A stretch of DNA of 64,000 nucleotides, from NCBI GenBank assembly GCA_003707115.1, contig PPNB01000028.1:1-64000 (forward strand), read 5' to 3'. The DNA comes from Tortispora ganteri. Its lineage: Eukaryota. This document shows positions 1 through 8,766 of the stretch, one piece after another; position 1 is the first letter of the stretch, and every line of letters starts with the position of its first letter. The position numbers and the translations under genes were made by a program. The notes beneath the pieces were generated by a model. It was given only the letters and a program-made list of their open reading frames with translations. It had not been told where the DNA came from and did not search any database.

Positions 1-442
1 TGCATGCAGAAGAGCATGAGACAAACTGTCCGCTTATTGATCGGTTCCTTGCAAACTGAACAAGTCTCATTTACGGAATCAGCTTTGACTAGTTTTTTTA
101 TCCTTTTATGATTATACTCACAAAGATCTCTCTTTTTACAGTACCCTTCCCGGTAATATTTACATGGTATGAATCGAGTTTTAGTCATGATATGTCGTTT
201 TGTGTGTAAATCAACTTTCTCCCGAATCACAGCCTTAACACCCCCCACCTTCTAATATAGCCTGCGCCTGGCCGTTAGAACACATTGACTTCTCTGTGCA
301 TAAGTGCTGTACCGCAAATATACTTCGATCTATTTTTCTTTCTTTCAAGTCTGCGTACGGGCCGCTGAGACAGCCGCAGTTCACATCTGCTGTGACTTGT
401 ACATACTTCAGTCCCAGATCAATACACGCCCGGTTTTTAACA

Positions 443-1405
443 ATGCGTGCATTCGTCTACAGCGGTAACCAACCCTGCGCAGACCTTATAGAAGCTCTCT
501 GTTATGCATGTATACTTCGCCACAAGAACTGGGATGTCACCGCGATCTGCAGCAGCAGTCATATACCGAAGGACGCCGTAGTCGTCTCAGACCATGCACT
601 AGCGACTTTCAGTACTATTATGGATTCGTCAGAGCTCTATTCTACAATCAAATCTCAGGGCTACGAAATTCATGGCGTTTCAGTTAAACGGTCATTATGC
701 GGTTTCCCCTTCAGCATATGCGAGTCCGACGCGCCCGCCCGCGCGGTTGACTATAAGACTTTCGTTAACACCCTCATTGATCTTGCCTGTTCGCTCGGTG
801 TGCGCGTAATTGAAGATGAGATCGATCGAATAACGCTTTCACCTCTTGCTCTACATACTAAAAACGAATCATACAATTGCGATTTTGTATTCGACGCGGG
901 CGGACCGGTCTCTTTGCTGAAACAGCTCGCAATCCATGAAGGTATGCCCTGCATTTCCCACACTCAGACAACCTCGTGGTCGCTAATAACTACTACATTG
1001 ACTACAGGTAATAACTCTAATAGGAATATCGTCATGAAATATTTACACGCTAACATCAGGGTAGAGGCGATCCCTATCGCGTCTGATTCGACGTTGCTTA
1101 GAGTATGGGCAAAAACTAGTATGCTCGAAGACATTATCTTCCCGGATGAAGTCGCTGAACTGCTCAAATTCGCAAATATAGATATTTCCAATGCGCAAAT
1201 GGACGCTCTAGTCCCACATCCCTGCGGTTCGGTCACAAAGGCGTCCTGCAGGACCTTGCAGTACCCTTACATAGTGCTGCTAGGAGGCTCTGCTGCAACC
1301 TCCCAACTTAGCAAACAGAGTCTTGACCGCGGATTTTTTTCTGCTACCAACAATGCGCATCAGTTTCTCTCTAATTACCGCTTTTTTGTTGACCAATTTG
1401 ACTAG
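443..1405 (+). CDS. Degenerate FAD-dependent monooxygenase-like protein
   Basis: First ATG at 443 (MRAFVYSG...). The N-terminal beta-alpha pattern lacks GxGxxG. CDFVFDAGGPVS resembles the 'DG' motif and IVLLGGSA the 'GD' motif. The 3' end overlaps FPR2. Confidence 0.45.
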   Translation: MRAFVYSGNQPCADLIEALCYACILRHKNWDVTAICSSSHIPKDAVVVSDHALATFSTIMDSSELYSTIKSQGYEIHGVSVKRSLCGFPFSICESDAPARAVDYKTFVNTLIDLACSLGVRVIEDEIDRITLSPLALHTKNESYNCDFVFDAGGPVSLLKQLAIHEGMPCISHTQTTSWSLITTTLTTGNNSNRNIVMKYLHANIRVEAIPIASDSTLLRVWAKTSMLEDIIFPDEVAELLKFANIDISNAQMDALVPHPCGSVTKASCRTLQYPYIVLLGGSAATSQLSKQSLDRGFFSATNNAHQFLSNYRFFVDQFD

Positions 1406-1844
1406 CGCAGAGTCTTCTGAGAAACTGCAGGTTGGAATACTTTCGAAACCCGAAAACTGTGACCGCAAAGCCACTGCCGGCGATATCGTCACCGTTCACT
1501 ATACAGGACGCTTTACTGACGGCACAGTCTTCGATTCGTCCAAAACTCATGGCGAACCCTTATCGTTCATCCTCGGAAAAGGTCAGGTGATCCCTGGATG
1601 GGAACAGGGCGTTGTGAATATGTGTGTCGGCGAAAAGCGGAAACTCACTATCCCGCCGCATCTCGGCTACGGCGATCGCCAGGTTGGCTTTATCCCTGCG
1701 AAGTCCACTCTAGTGTTTGAGATCGAGATGCTCGCCGCCAGAAACCCCAGAGACAGTCGTCCTGATGGCGAGCCTGAACGCGACCATCATGGTCATGCAA
1801 ACGGACACGGTCACGGTCACGGTCACGATTACGTAGAATTATAA
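1353..1844 (+). CDS. FPR2: ER FKBP-type peptidyl-prolyl isomerase (FKBP13/Fpr2)
   Basis: Signal peptide MRISFSLITAFLL; VHYTGRF..GTVFDSS, GQVIPGWEQG and GEKRKLTIPPHLGYG motifs; His-rich tail ending HDYVEL. Confidence 0.92.
   Translation: MRISFSLITAFLLTNLTSAESSEKLQVGILSKPENCDRKATAGDIVTVHYTGRFTDGTVFDSSKTHGEPLSFILGKGQVIPGWEQGVVNMCVGEKRKLTIPPHLGYGDRQVGFIPAKSTLVFEIEMLAARNPRDSRPDGEPERDHHGHANGHGHGHGHDYVEL
1800..1827 (+). repeat. (CACGGT)n-like coding hexamer repeat encoding a Gly-His tract
   Basis: ggacacggtcacggtcacggtcac in the FPR2 tail. Confidence 0.8.
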
Positions 1845-2548
1845 CGTCCGTTGTCTATGCCCGAGTTGTTCTCTATAATCCCCCATATCCTGTCCATCTT
1901 GTATCCGCCTATATTGTCCTGTACGTAGAATTGACTCTTCTGGCCCTTTTTGTCGTCGTACTGCAACTCTAGATTTACCCATCCACCGCGCTTGTTGACG
2001 ATTCTGAGATCTTTAAGTGGCACCTCAGTGTTATAAGTTTTCCTCCCTGACGCAGTAAGCGTCTCGAAGACCAGAGTCTCATCCTTCTCGAGTTTTGCGA
2101 CAGTGTCGGTCTCCCCGCAGCGATACAGTCTGTATATACGCGTGACATACGGCGCAGAAAACCAAAGAATGAAAGGTAGTGGCAGCGCCAACGGGACAGC
2201 TACAGCGAGCCCGTAAAGCGCAGGCATGTAGGCGCCGCTGGCTGCGGCGGCACTCATCGATAGTTTGCCAATATAAATACCGACGACGGCGCTGATCCAG
2301 CCAAACCGTCGCAGCGTAGCCGCATGGAATGCAGATGGGCCTGTATAGAGAGGCTGATTAGCTAAAAATTCTCCTTCTCTGAGTGGTCGCTTTGCGCGGA
2401 CTAATCCATATAGCACCTGATCCCGCACGATTATCTGTCTATCGTCATAAGGTGTTGTAGGGTCTACATCCGTTCTATGTATAGTTGAGCAAGAGAAATA
2501 TCTTAATTGCGAGATTGATACATTCTGAACGCGCAGGACTCGAAGCAT
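1829..2548 (-). CDS. Mitochondrial inner-membrane protein, TMEM70/TMEM186/TMEM223-like
   Basis: ATG at 2548 starts a basic presequence-like N-terminus (MLRVLRVQ...LRYFS). LYTGP is followed by two hydrophobic segments and PYVTRIY. Confidence 0.55.
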   Translation of the reverse strand: MLRVLRVQNVSISQLRYFSCSTIHRTDVDPTTPYDDRQIIVRDQVLYGLVRAKRPLREGEFLANQPLYTGPSAFHAATLRRFGWISAVVGIYIGKLSMSAAAASGAYMPALYGLAVAVPLALPLPFILWFSAPYVTRIYRLYRCGETDTVAKLEKDETLVFETLTASGRKTYNTEVPLKDLRIVNKRGGWVNLELQYDDKKGQKSQFYVQDNIGGYKMDRIWGIIENNSGIDNGRYNST

Positions 2549-2637
2549 TGCAACGCGCAAATTCTCGTGGGGGATAATGCGGGAGAAGGGTTGGGTAGCA
2601 ATAAAGAATACGGGCGGGCAGGTTGGGAAGCATAGCA

Positions 2638-3540
2638 CTATGATGAGGATGGATCAGGGAAAATGAACCCCTTAGGCGCACGTTGTGCCCATTCGGTCCA
2701 AGAACCATCAAATACGCTGATATTTTCAATACCAATAATCAGCAATGCTGTGCGCAAAATGCACGCAGTGACGCCTGAACCGCACATCACAACAATAGGT
2801 TTGGACCCGTCGACGCCGATCTTAGCAAACAGCGTTTTGAGCTCTTCGGGTGAACGGAACTTGCCACCGTCGAGACACTCGTTAAAAGGAAGATTGAGCG
2901 CTCCCGGTATATGGCCAGACGGTAAACCCTGACGCGGTTCAGGCGCAGTGCCATTGAACCGTTCGCGTGATCTGGCATCGATGATCTGCCAATCAGATCT
3001 CGCAGCCCGCACATACGCGTGTAGTTGCTCGTAAGTCGTGAACATCGTAGTGTCCATTGAAACAGAATCTCTAGGCGCATAGGCGTCGAGATTCGTTACG
3101 TCTGAAATATCAACAGAGTCTACACCGGTTGCATCAATAGCAGAAGTGTCAAGTTCACCACCTTCTTCCTTATATGTCACAAAGTCGTCTAGTAGACTGA
3201 CCTGTGGATGGCCGAATACTTGGAACATCCAGAGGATCCTACTAGCGGAGAAGTTGCCACCGAGATCGTAGAGCACAATATCATCAGATCGCTTGATTCC
3301 TAGCTTGTTCATGTACTTAAGGAAATCACGGACGTTTGGAATCATATGCGGATATGGTGATTGTGGATTCTTGACGGCATCCAGAGGGAAGAATTTGGCT
3401 CCAGGCAGCCGCATAGCCTCGAACTCGCGCACAGGATTACGTGGATTTCCTGGCATATACCAACTACAATCAAGTGGTTGATATTTAGATGATTTCGCTT
3501 TTAATTGACTCGGTTTTATAACAGAATTCTGGAATCTCAT
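2638..3540 (-). CDS. TUM1: 3-mercaptopyruvate/thiosulfate sulfurtransferase (tandem rhodanese)
   Basis: LDCSWYMP, IIDARS.ERF.G..PEPR.GL.SGHIPGA, active-site CGSGVTA, FDGSWTEW. Confidence 0.92.
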   Translation of the reverse strand: MRFQNSVIKPSQLKAKSSKYQPLDCSWYMPGNPRNPVREFEAMRLPGAKFFPLDAVKNPQSPYPHMIPNVRDFLKYMNKLGIKRSDDIVLYDLGGNFSASRILWMFQVFGHPQVSLLDDFVTYKEEGGELDTSAIDATGVDSVDISDVTNLDAYAPRDSVSMDTTMFTTYEQLHAYVRAARSDWQIIDARSRERFNGTAPEPRQGLPSGHIPGALNLPFNECLDGGKFRSPEELKTLFAKIGVDGSKPIVVMCGSGVTACILRTALLIIGIENISVFDGSWTEWAQRAPKGFIFPDPSSS

Positions 3541-3662
3541 TATTTATTAATATTTGTTCCCCGCACAAATCGATGGGTAAAATCGTTAGGAATTATGATG
3601 CGACAAATCTCCCATTTTATACACTCCACTCAACATTTACAAACACACCCCTTCACGACTCC

Positions 3663-4946
3663 ATGGCAGATTCAAGACTAGAGGTTGAAACCTCTAGCGC
3701 CACAACAACAGTAACACCTAAACTAATAAGTCGTCCTATGCGTCGTCTTGAAATAGAACGCATAATGCGTGTTCTGAAAAAGGCACTTAATGGCCACTGG
3801 GACCGCTATAGAGATGCTCTTATAGCATTCATGTCTGGTACCATATCTTTTGACGAAATGACCGACGAAATGTCAATAGTCTTTAATCCACGGCTAGTCC
3901 GTCTTCATAATCAGTTCCTCCTTACAGTCCTTGCAAATTCCGTCCGTGATCCTCCTCCATTCCAGAAATCTGACGAAAGTTGGGCCCATAAACGGCTCGG
4001 CTTTGGCAAAGCCGCACAATGTGATCCAATATTTAAGCGACTCCGTCAGGAGATCCTTGCTTTGTCATCAAAAGAACGCCGCCGTTTACTATCAATAACA
4101 AGAAAACCTCAAGAAATCGCCCTCAATCCTTCATCTGGGCCTATGGCTGCAGGAATCCCCCCTACGCTTCTCGCTGGATTGCTCTCGTCAGGCTCCATCG
4201 TCTCTGGTATACCATCTACAGTCGCCGCCACCCGCCAGGAACTCGTCCCAAGGATACCTTTTTTTAAAGATAAGGATAAAAACAGGACACCCACTTGGAC
4301 CCAGGAGATCGTTAACGCACTTAATACACCCCTGATAATCGAACAGCATGAGCTCCCAGAAGAGGACTCACTCATGACCAGAATCCAAGGCATAGCATTA
4401 GAGCATGGTTTGGTCGGCGGTGTTGAGCCTGAAGTCCCCACGCTTGTCATTGAAGCACTCGAGCTACATTTGAAAGATCTTGTCAGAAGCGTCATACAAC
4501 GCATCAAACTCCCTGATCGTCCAGCAACATTGTCGTTTGTTGAGCAACTTGCTGCACAGGAGCTAGCAGTCGCAGATAAACCTGCGCTGGCAGAGAAAAA
4601 TAAAAATAAAAAGAAAACACCTGTCAACCCTTATATCCTCTCGCCCTTCGATATGGCTTTAATGTTTTCTGTGGCTCCCTATAAGGAGCCTAACTTCAAT
4701 GGCGCTATTCCGCGACTCTATAATGTTATGCTGAACGACACTTACGACCAACCTTCACCTGTTCCTCTGCCTGTAGTCTCAGTTCCTGAACCAGTTCAGA
4801 CTAATGGCGGCAATGCGAGCGAAAATGCGGCTGCGCAGGCGCAACCTGGAACCGCAGACTCATCTAAAGCAGCAGAAGCATTGCAATCAGAATACGGAAC
4901 GGCCGAAGAACTACAGTCTTTGATAGTTGATATATTAAATTCTTGA
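3663..4946 (+). CDS. HFI1: SAGA complex subunit Ada1/Hfi1
   Basis: HWDRYRDALIAFMSG..S..E and LHNQFLL motifs; histone-fold region RIQGIALEHGL.GGV...ALELHLKDLV. Start at 3663 (3573 possible). Confidence 0.8.
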   Translation: MADSRLEVETSSATTTVTPKLISRPMRRLEIERIMRVLKKALNGHWDRYRDALIAFMSGTISFDEMTDEMSIVFNPRLVRLHNQFLLTVLANSVRDPPPFQKSDESWAHKRLGFGKAAQCDPIFKRLRQEILALSSKERRRLLSITRKPQEIALNPSSGPMAAGIPPTLLAGLLSSGSIVSGIPSTVAATRQELVPRIPFFKDKDKNRTPTWTQEIVNALNTPLIIEQHELPEEDSLMTRIQGIALEHGLVGGVEPEVPTLVIEALELHLKDLVRSVIQRIKLPDRPATLSFVEQLAAQELAVADKPALAEKNKNKKKTPVNPYILSPFDMALMFSVAPYKEPNFNGAIPRLYNVMLNDTYDQPSPVPLPVVSVPEPVQTNGGNASENAAAQAQPGTADSSKAAEALQSEYGTAEELQSLIVDILNS

Positions 4947-4957
4947 ACATAATATAA

Positions 4958-5896
4958 TTACCAGGGCGGCAAATGATATGGGTACCCACCCCCTTGTTTT
5001 GACGAAAAGACACTAATGAGGTATGCGTTAACTGTGTACAGGACAAAAAGCCATGAGAACACAGTGACAGCCTGCACACTCGGGTTCTTGTTTGTGGCTG
5101 CACGTGTGGCTAGTGCGATGACTGAAAATGCTAGGCCGCCGTATATTAATGTAACTATCTGACTTTCAACGGCAAACTGCATAGACAAGCCGCTCGCAAA
5201 GTAAGCGGGATTCCCGTGGCCATCCCCTCCGACATAAGGTACATGGCGGATGTTATTGAACATTGAGCCAGACACAAATGTAAGATATAGAAATATGGAA
5301 ATGATTGACCATAAAAACTTGTTGAAAACGATAAGTCTTATACGTTTCGCGGCGAAGTAAATACTTGTCACTGCAAGCAATCCAATCGATAGCTTTAAGA
5401 ATATGGCAGCCCAGTCTGTTGGACGGATAACCTTCACTTCGATACCGATCAATTGACTAATTTCCTTAGCGACGTGCTCCGCTGGCAGATGAGCGGATGA
5501 AGGAGTGTATACAATCTCTTCCGAAAAACGGGCGCGTTTGCCAGGGTATATTTTTATCAAGGGGGCCTGCAGGATCTGGAGACGCCGAAATGTTTCCCGA
5601 TTGTTCTTAAAATCAGTGAAAACAAACTGTAATCCTAGACCGTCGCTATGTTTGGTGTACCATGACTCGGCAATAAGCTCGAATGTGGGTTTTAACATTC
5701 TGCAGGGCTCGCAATTGATGGATGGGTCAAGCGCTGTGAACACGAATACCACTGTATTCTCTCGGGGCTCGGCCAGAATAGTCTGCACCTCGTCATCGTT
5801 AAATACTTCTATAGGCTTGCAACCTTTTGATCGAGATAATATTTCTTCTACCGATGTTGCGGCAACCGCCACTGGCAATAACCAGCTCAATCTCAT
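4958..5896 (-). CDS. OST3: Oligosaccharyltransferase subunit Ost3/Ost6 family
   Basis: Signal peptide, thioredoxin-like CEPC, SGSMFN.IR..PY, QFAVESQIV, four TM segments, GYPY C-terminus. Confidence 0.85.
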   Translation of the reverse strand: MRLSWLLPVAVAATSVEEILSRSKGCKPIEVFNDDEVQTILAEPRENTVVFVFTALDPSINCEPCRMLKPTFELIAESWYTKHSDGLGLQFVFTDFKNNRETFRRLQILQAPLIKIYPGKRARFSEEIVYTPSSAHLPAEHVAKEISQLIGIEVKVIRPTDWAAIFLKLSIGLLAVTSIYFAAKRIRLIVFNKFLWSIISIFLYLTFVSGSMFNNIRHVPYVGGDGHGNPAYFASGLSMQFAVESQIVTLIYGGLAFSVIALATRAATNKNPSVQAVTVFSWLFVLYTVNAYLISVFSSKQGGGYPYHLPPW

Positions 5897-6372
5897 TGTC
5901 GGTTGGTAGTGTCGAAAGTAATGTACAGGATACGTATATGCTAACTGAGTACTATCATACTTCTATCCGCAACACTTTCTTTCGGACCACAAGAAAAGAA
6001 AATAATCATTTAAGCATATAATTATGCTGATCTTATAATTTAATGGATTTCTTTATATGTTCTATAACATCCTTGCAAGGCTGATCTTATAAGGTAACCA
6101 CGTGTTTTTGTTGTCATGGATATATACAATTAAGTTAACCACAAATCAATAACTTGAACCGATGAAATCGAAGGAAAATTAGACGATTTCCGATGTCAAC
6201 AGTGCTATTATGCATATTTTTTTTTAATAAATTGGTTAAATATTTTGTAAAGGTACTGTTACTGGCTTGTAGAATACTTGCAAGTCAAATGTGCGACTAT
6301 AGAACAAAATGTCTAGTGAGCCGCACAACCTAAATAAGGGAACTTGTTTACATTCTAACTTAGAAACAGACA

Positions 6373-7596
6373 ATGTCAGCGCACTGGCGATACATTCAGA
6401 GCCTGAAGGCTCGCGATATGGAGCTGCATAAATACACAGTACTTACGCAGAAGAGACAATTCTTGATTGAAAATGCTGAGAATAAATTGTCTGCTGCAAA
6501 GAAGAGTATGGCCGTAGAGCAGCTGAAGAACACAAAGAGTAAACTTGAATCAAGATTGAGAGTTTATGAGGACGAAATGCGCGCTAAAGATCAACAGATA
6601 TCTGTGCTCGAACAAAAAATAACGCAGTTTGCAGAAAAAATAAATTCAGATCGAGATCAACTAAAGAAAGAACTAATACGTGAAATGAAGGACGAACTAA
6701 AGGATATTCAGAAGAAACTGAAAGAACGAACTAAAGATCTTCTTGTGGCAGAACGAATGCTGAACCACACAAAGGATAAAGTTGTAGAGTGCACTACAGA
6801 GCTCAATGAGTTGCAGAAAGAACTCAAAAATCGTCGTGATACTGATTCTGAGAAACTTGACAAGGTTGCTCAAGAGGTGAGCAGGTTGGAGAAACTCAAG
6901 CAAGAAATTTCAGAAAGCAAGAAACAGGCCGCTGAACAACAGGAAAGTAGTCGCTTAAACGAGCTCAAGCAGGAACTTGAAGATAATTTGAAAGCTAACC
7001 GAGATAAAGAAGAGAAGCTCGAGGCTGCACAGGAAGAGATCGCTGCCCTGAAAGTAAAACTGCGGGATCAGAACAAGGAACTAGAGAAGCTGAAGCAGAA
7101 CCGAACTTTGGACCTTCTCAAAGTTAAATCAGAATCGATACTGAAGCCAGCTTCAATTAACAGTTTAATCCGTTCCAGCGATGACAAGGGCGGAGTGCTT
7201 CCGCCGCCTGACTTTGAGAGAACGCAAGCGGAGCGGGTGCTGCCGAGAGTGGGACACAAAAAGTCTTACTTTAACGTATCACCAGTGATTTCAATCTCAG
7301 ATAAGAAAGCCAGGAGATCAATATCTACGCCGGCACTTACACCTTCAATGGAGTCTACGCCGAAAACGCCAGCACCAGCGATCGAGCCCAAACCTAAGAA
7401 ACGGAAAACGCTGTCAAGGGCTACGAGCGGATTCTTATTTGAGGACGGTCCGGTTGAAGGAGATATAGAGAGTATTCAGACGAGCTTTTTGAACGAAAAA
7501 GCGCCTCACTTGTTTGCGGTTAGTTCTCATATTTCTCCGCGAAGGACAACGTCTAATGTGAAGATCACAGTGCCATTTGCTAAGAAGCGCAAGTAA
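6373..7596 (+). CDS. Uncharacterised long coiled-coil protein with a basic, Ser/Pro-rich C-terminal tail (probably nuclear)
   Basis: 407-aa ORF; about 250 aa of K/E/L heptads; NLS-like KPKKRK and KKRK. Confidence 0.7.
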   Translation: MSAHWRYIQSLKARDMELHKYTVLTQKRQFLIENAENKLSAAKKSMAVEQLKNTKSKLESRLRVYEDEMRAKDQQISVLEQKITQFAEKINSDRDQLKKELIREMKDELKDIQKKLKERTKDLLVAERMLNHTKDKVVECTTELNELQKELKNRRDTDSEKLDKVAQEVSRLEKLKQEISESKKQAAEQQESSRLNELKQELEDNLKANRDKEEKLEAAQEEIAALKVKLRDQNKELEKLKQNRTLDLLKVKSESILKPASINSLIRSSDDKGGVLPPPDFERTQAERVLPRVGHKKSYFNVSPVISISDKKARRSISTPALTPSMESTPKTPAPAIEPKPKKRKTLSRATSGFLFEDGPVEGDIESIQTSFLNEKAPHLFAVSSHISPRRTTSNVKITVPFAKKRK

Positions 7597-7704
7597 TGCA
7601 TAAGTACGGGTTGTTTAGGTTTGGGAGGATTACTACTTAGTACCAGATGATTCGCGTCTTGCAACATCCCACCGAGCAACGCATTCTTCGTTTAGAGCGC
7701 TACG

Positions 7705-8715
7705 ATGATCCCGCGGTCGGGCTATTTCGCACAGAGACGGTTATTAAGCAGTTCGAGGATATTTTGCGCGCGGAAACCTGTGAAGCGGCGAACCAAGAGC
7801 AAGAGCAGCGCGCAGTGGCTGGACCGTCAGGAGAACGATTTCTTCGTGAGCCAGGCGCAGCTACAAGGGTACAGATCGCGTGCAGCTTTCAAACTGCTGC
7901 AGATTAATGATAAGTATAACATATTTAAGCCGGGCCAGATAGTGGTAGATCTCGGGTACAGTCCGGGTGCGTGGTCACAGGTCGCGCTGGAGAAAACCAG
8001 TCCGGGCGGCCATGTTGTGGGCGTAGACCTTATAGCGATGGACCCACCGCCTGGAGTGTCGGCAATCCAGGGAGATATGTTGAGCTCAGAGACGCACAAA
8101 CGGCTGAAGACGCATTTGGCTAAGTTTATAGAAAGTTGCCAGGAAAAATCGTGCGAAGAGCCAGTAGTGACCGAAGAGATCGTGCCGAAGAAGAGACGGC
8201 TGCCTAAGGGCAAGACGCTAGAAGAAGTACTGGCGGAAGAGAAACGGCTCGAAGAGTTGGCGGAGAATCAAGTGGTAGATATTGTGCTTTCAGACATGTG
8301 CGAACCTATAGTGCTAGCGATGGACAACAACGCTTTCTATACGCGGACATATATTGACTCAGTGAAAAGGCTACAATCTACGTCCGGGATCAAGTTCCAG
8401 GACCACGCCTATAGTGTGGTAAGTACTTCAATTAATATAATTGCTTGATTTAGCTACTAACGAGACAAGGAATTGTGCTATGCGGCGCTTCTGTTTGTGA
8501 TCGACACGCTAAAGGTCGGCGGACACTTCGTTTGTAAATATTACACGGGTGAAGAAGACAAGGAGGTGAAGAAAGTGTTCTCACGTGCCTTCAAGAAAGT
8601 TCATCGCGTGAAACCTGAGTCTAGCCGGTCAAAAAGTCGAGAAATTTACCTTGTCTGTCTACACAGGAAACCGGCCGCGACTAGACAAACGGTCTTTGTC
8701 GCGCCGTCTAGCTGA
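7705..8715 (+). CDS. MRM2: Mitochondrial LSU rRNA 2'-O-methyltransferase (RrmJ/FtsJ family); exons 7705-8418 and 8470-8715
   Basis: YRSRAAFKL, VVDLGYSPGAWSQV, VLSDM, FVCK and SREIY motifs. The spliced junction reads DHAYSV|ELCYAAL in frame. Confidence 0.9.
8419..8469 (+). other. Spliceosomal intron in MRM2 (51 nt)
   Basis: GTAAGT donor at 8419, TACTAAC at 8455-8461, AAG acceptor ending 8469. Removal deletes the in-frame stop and joins the two ORFs. Confidence 0.88.
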
Positions 8716-8766
8716 CCAATCACATTCTCCCAACCCACACTTTTTTCTACCATTCGATTAGACCAA

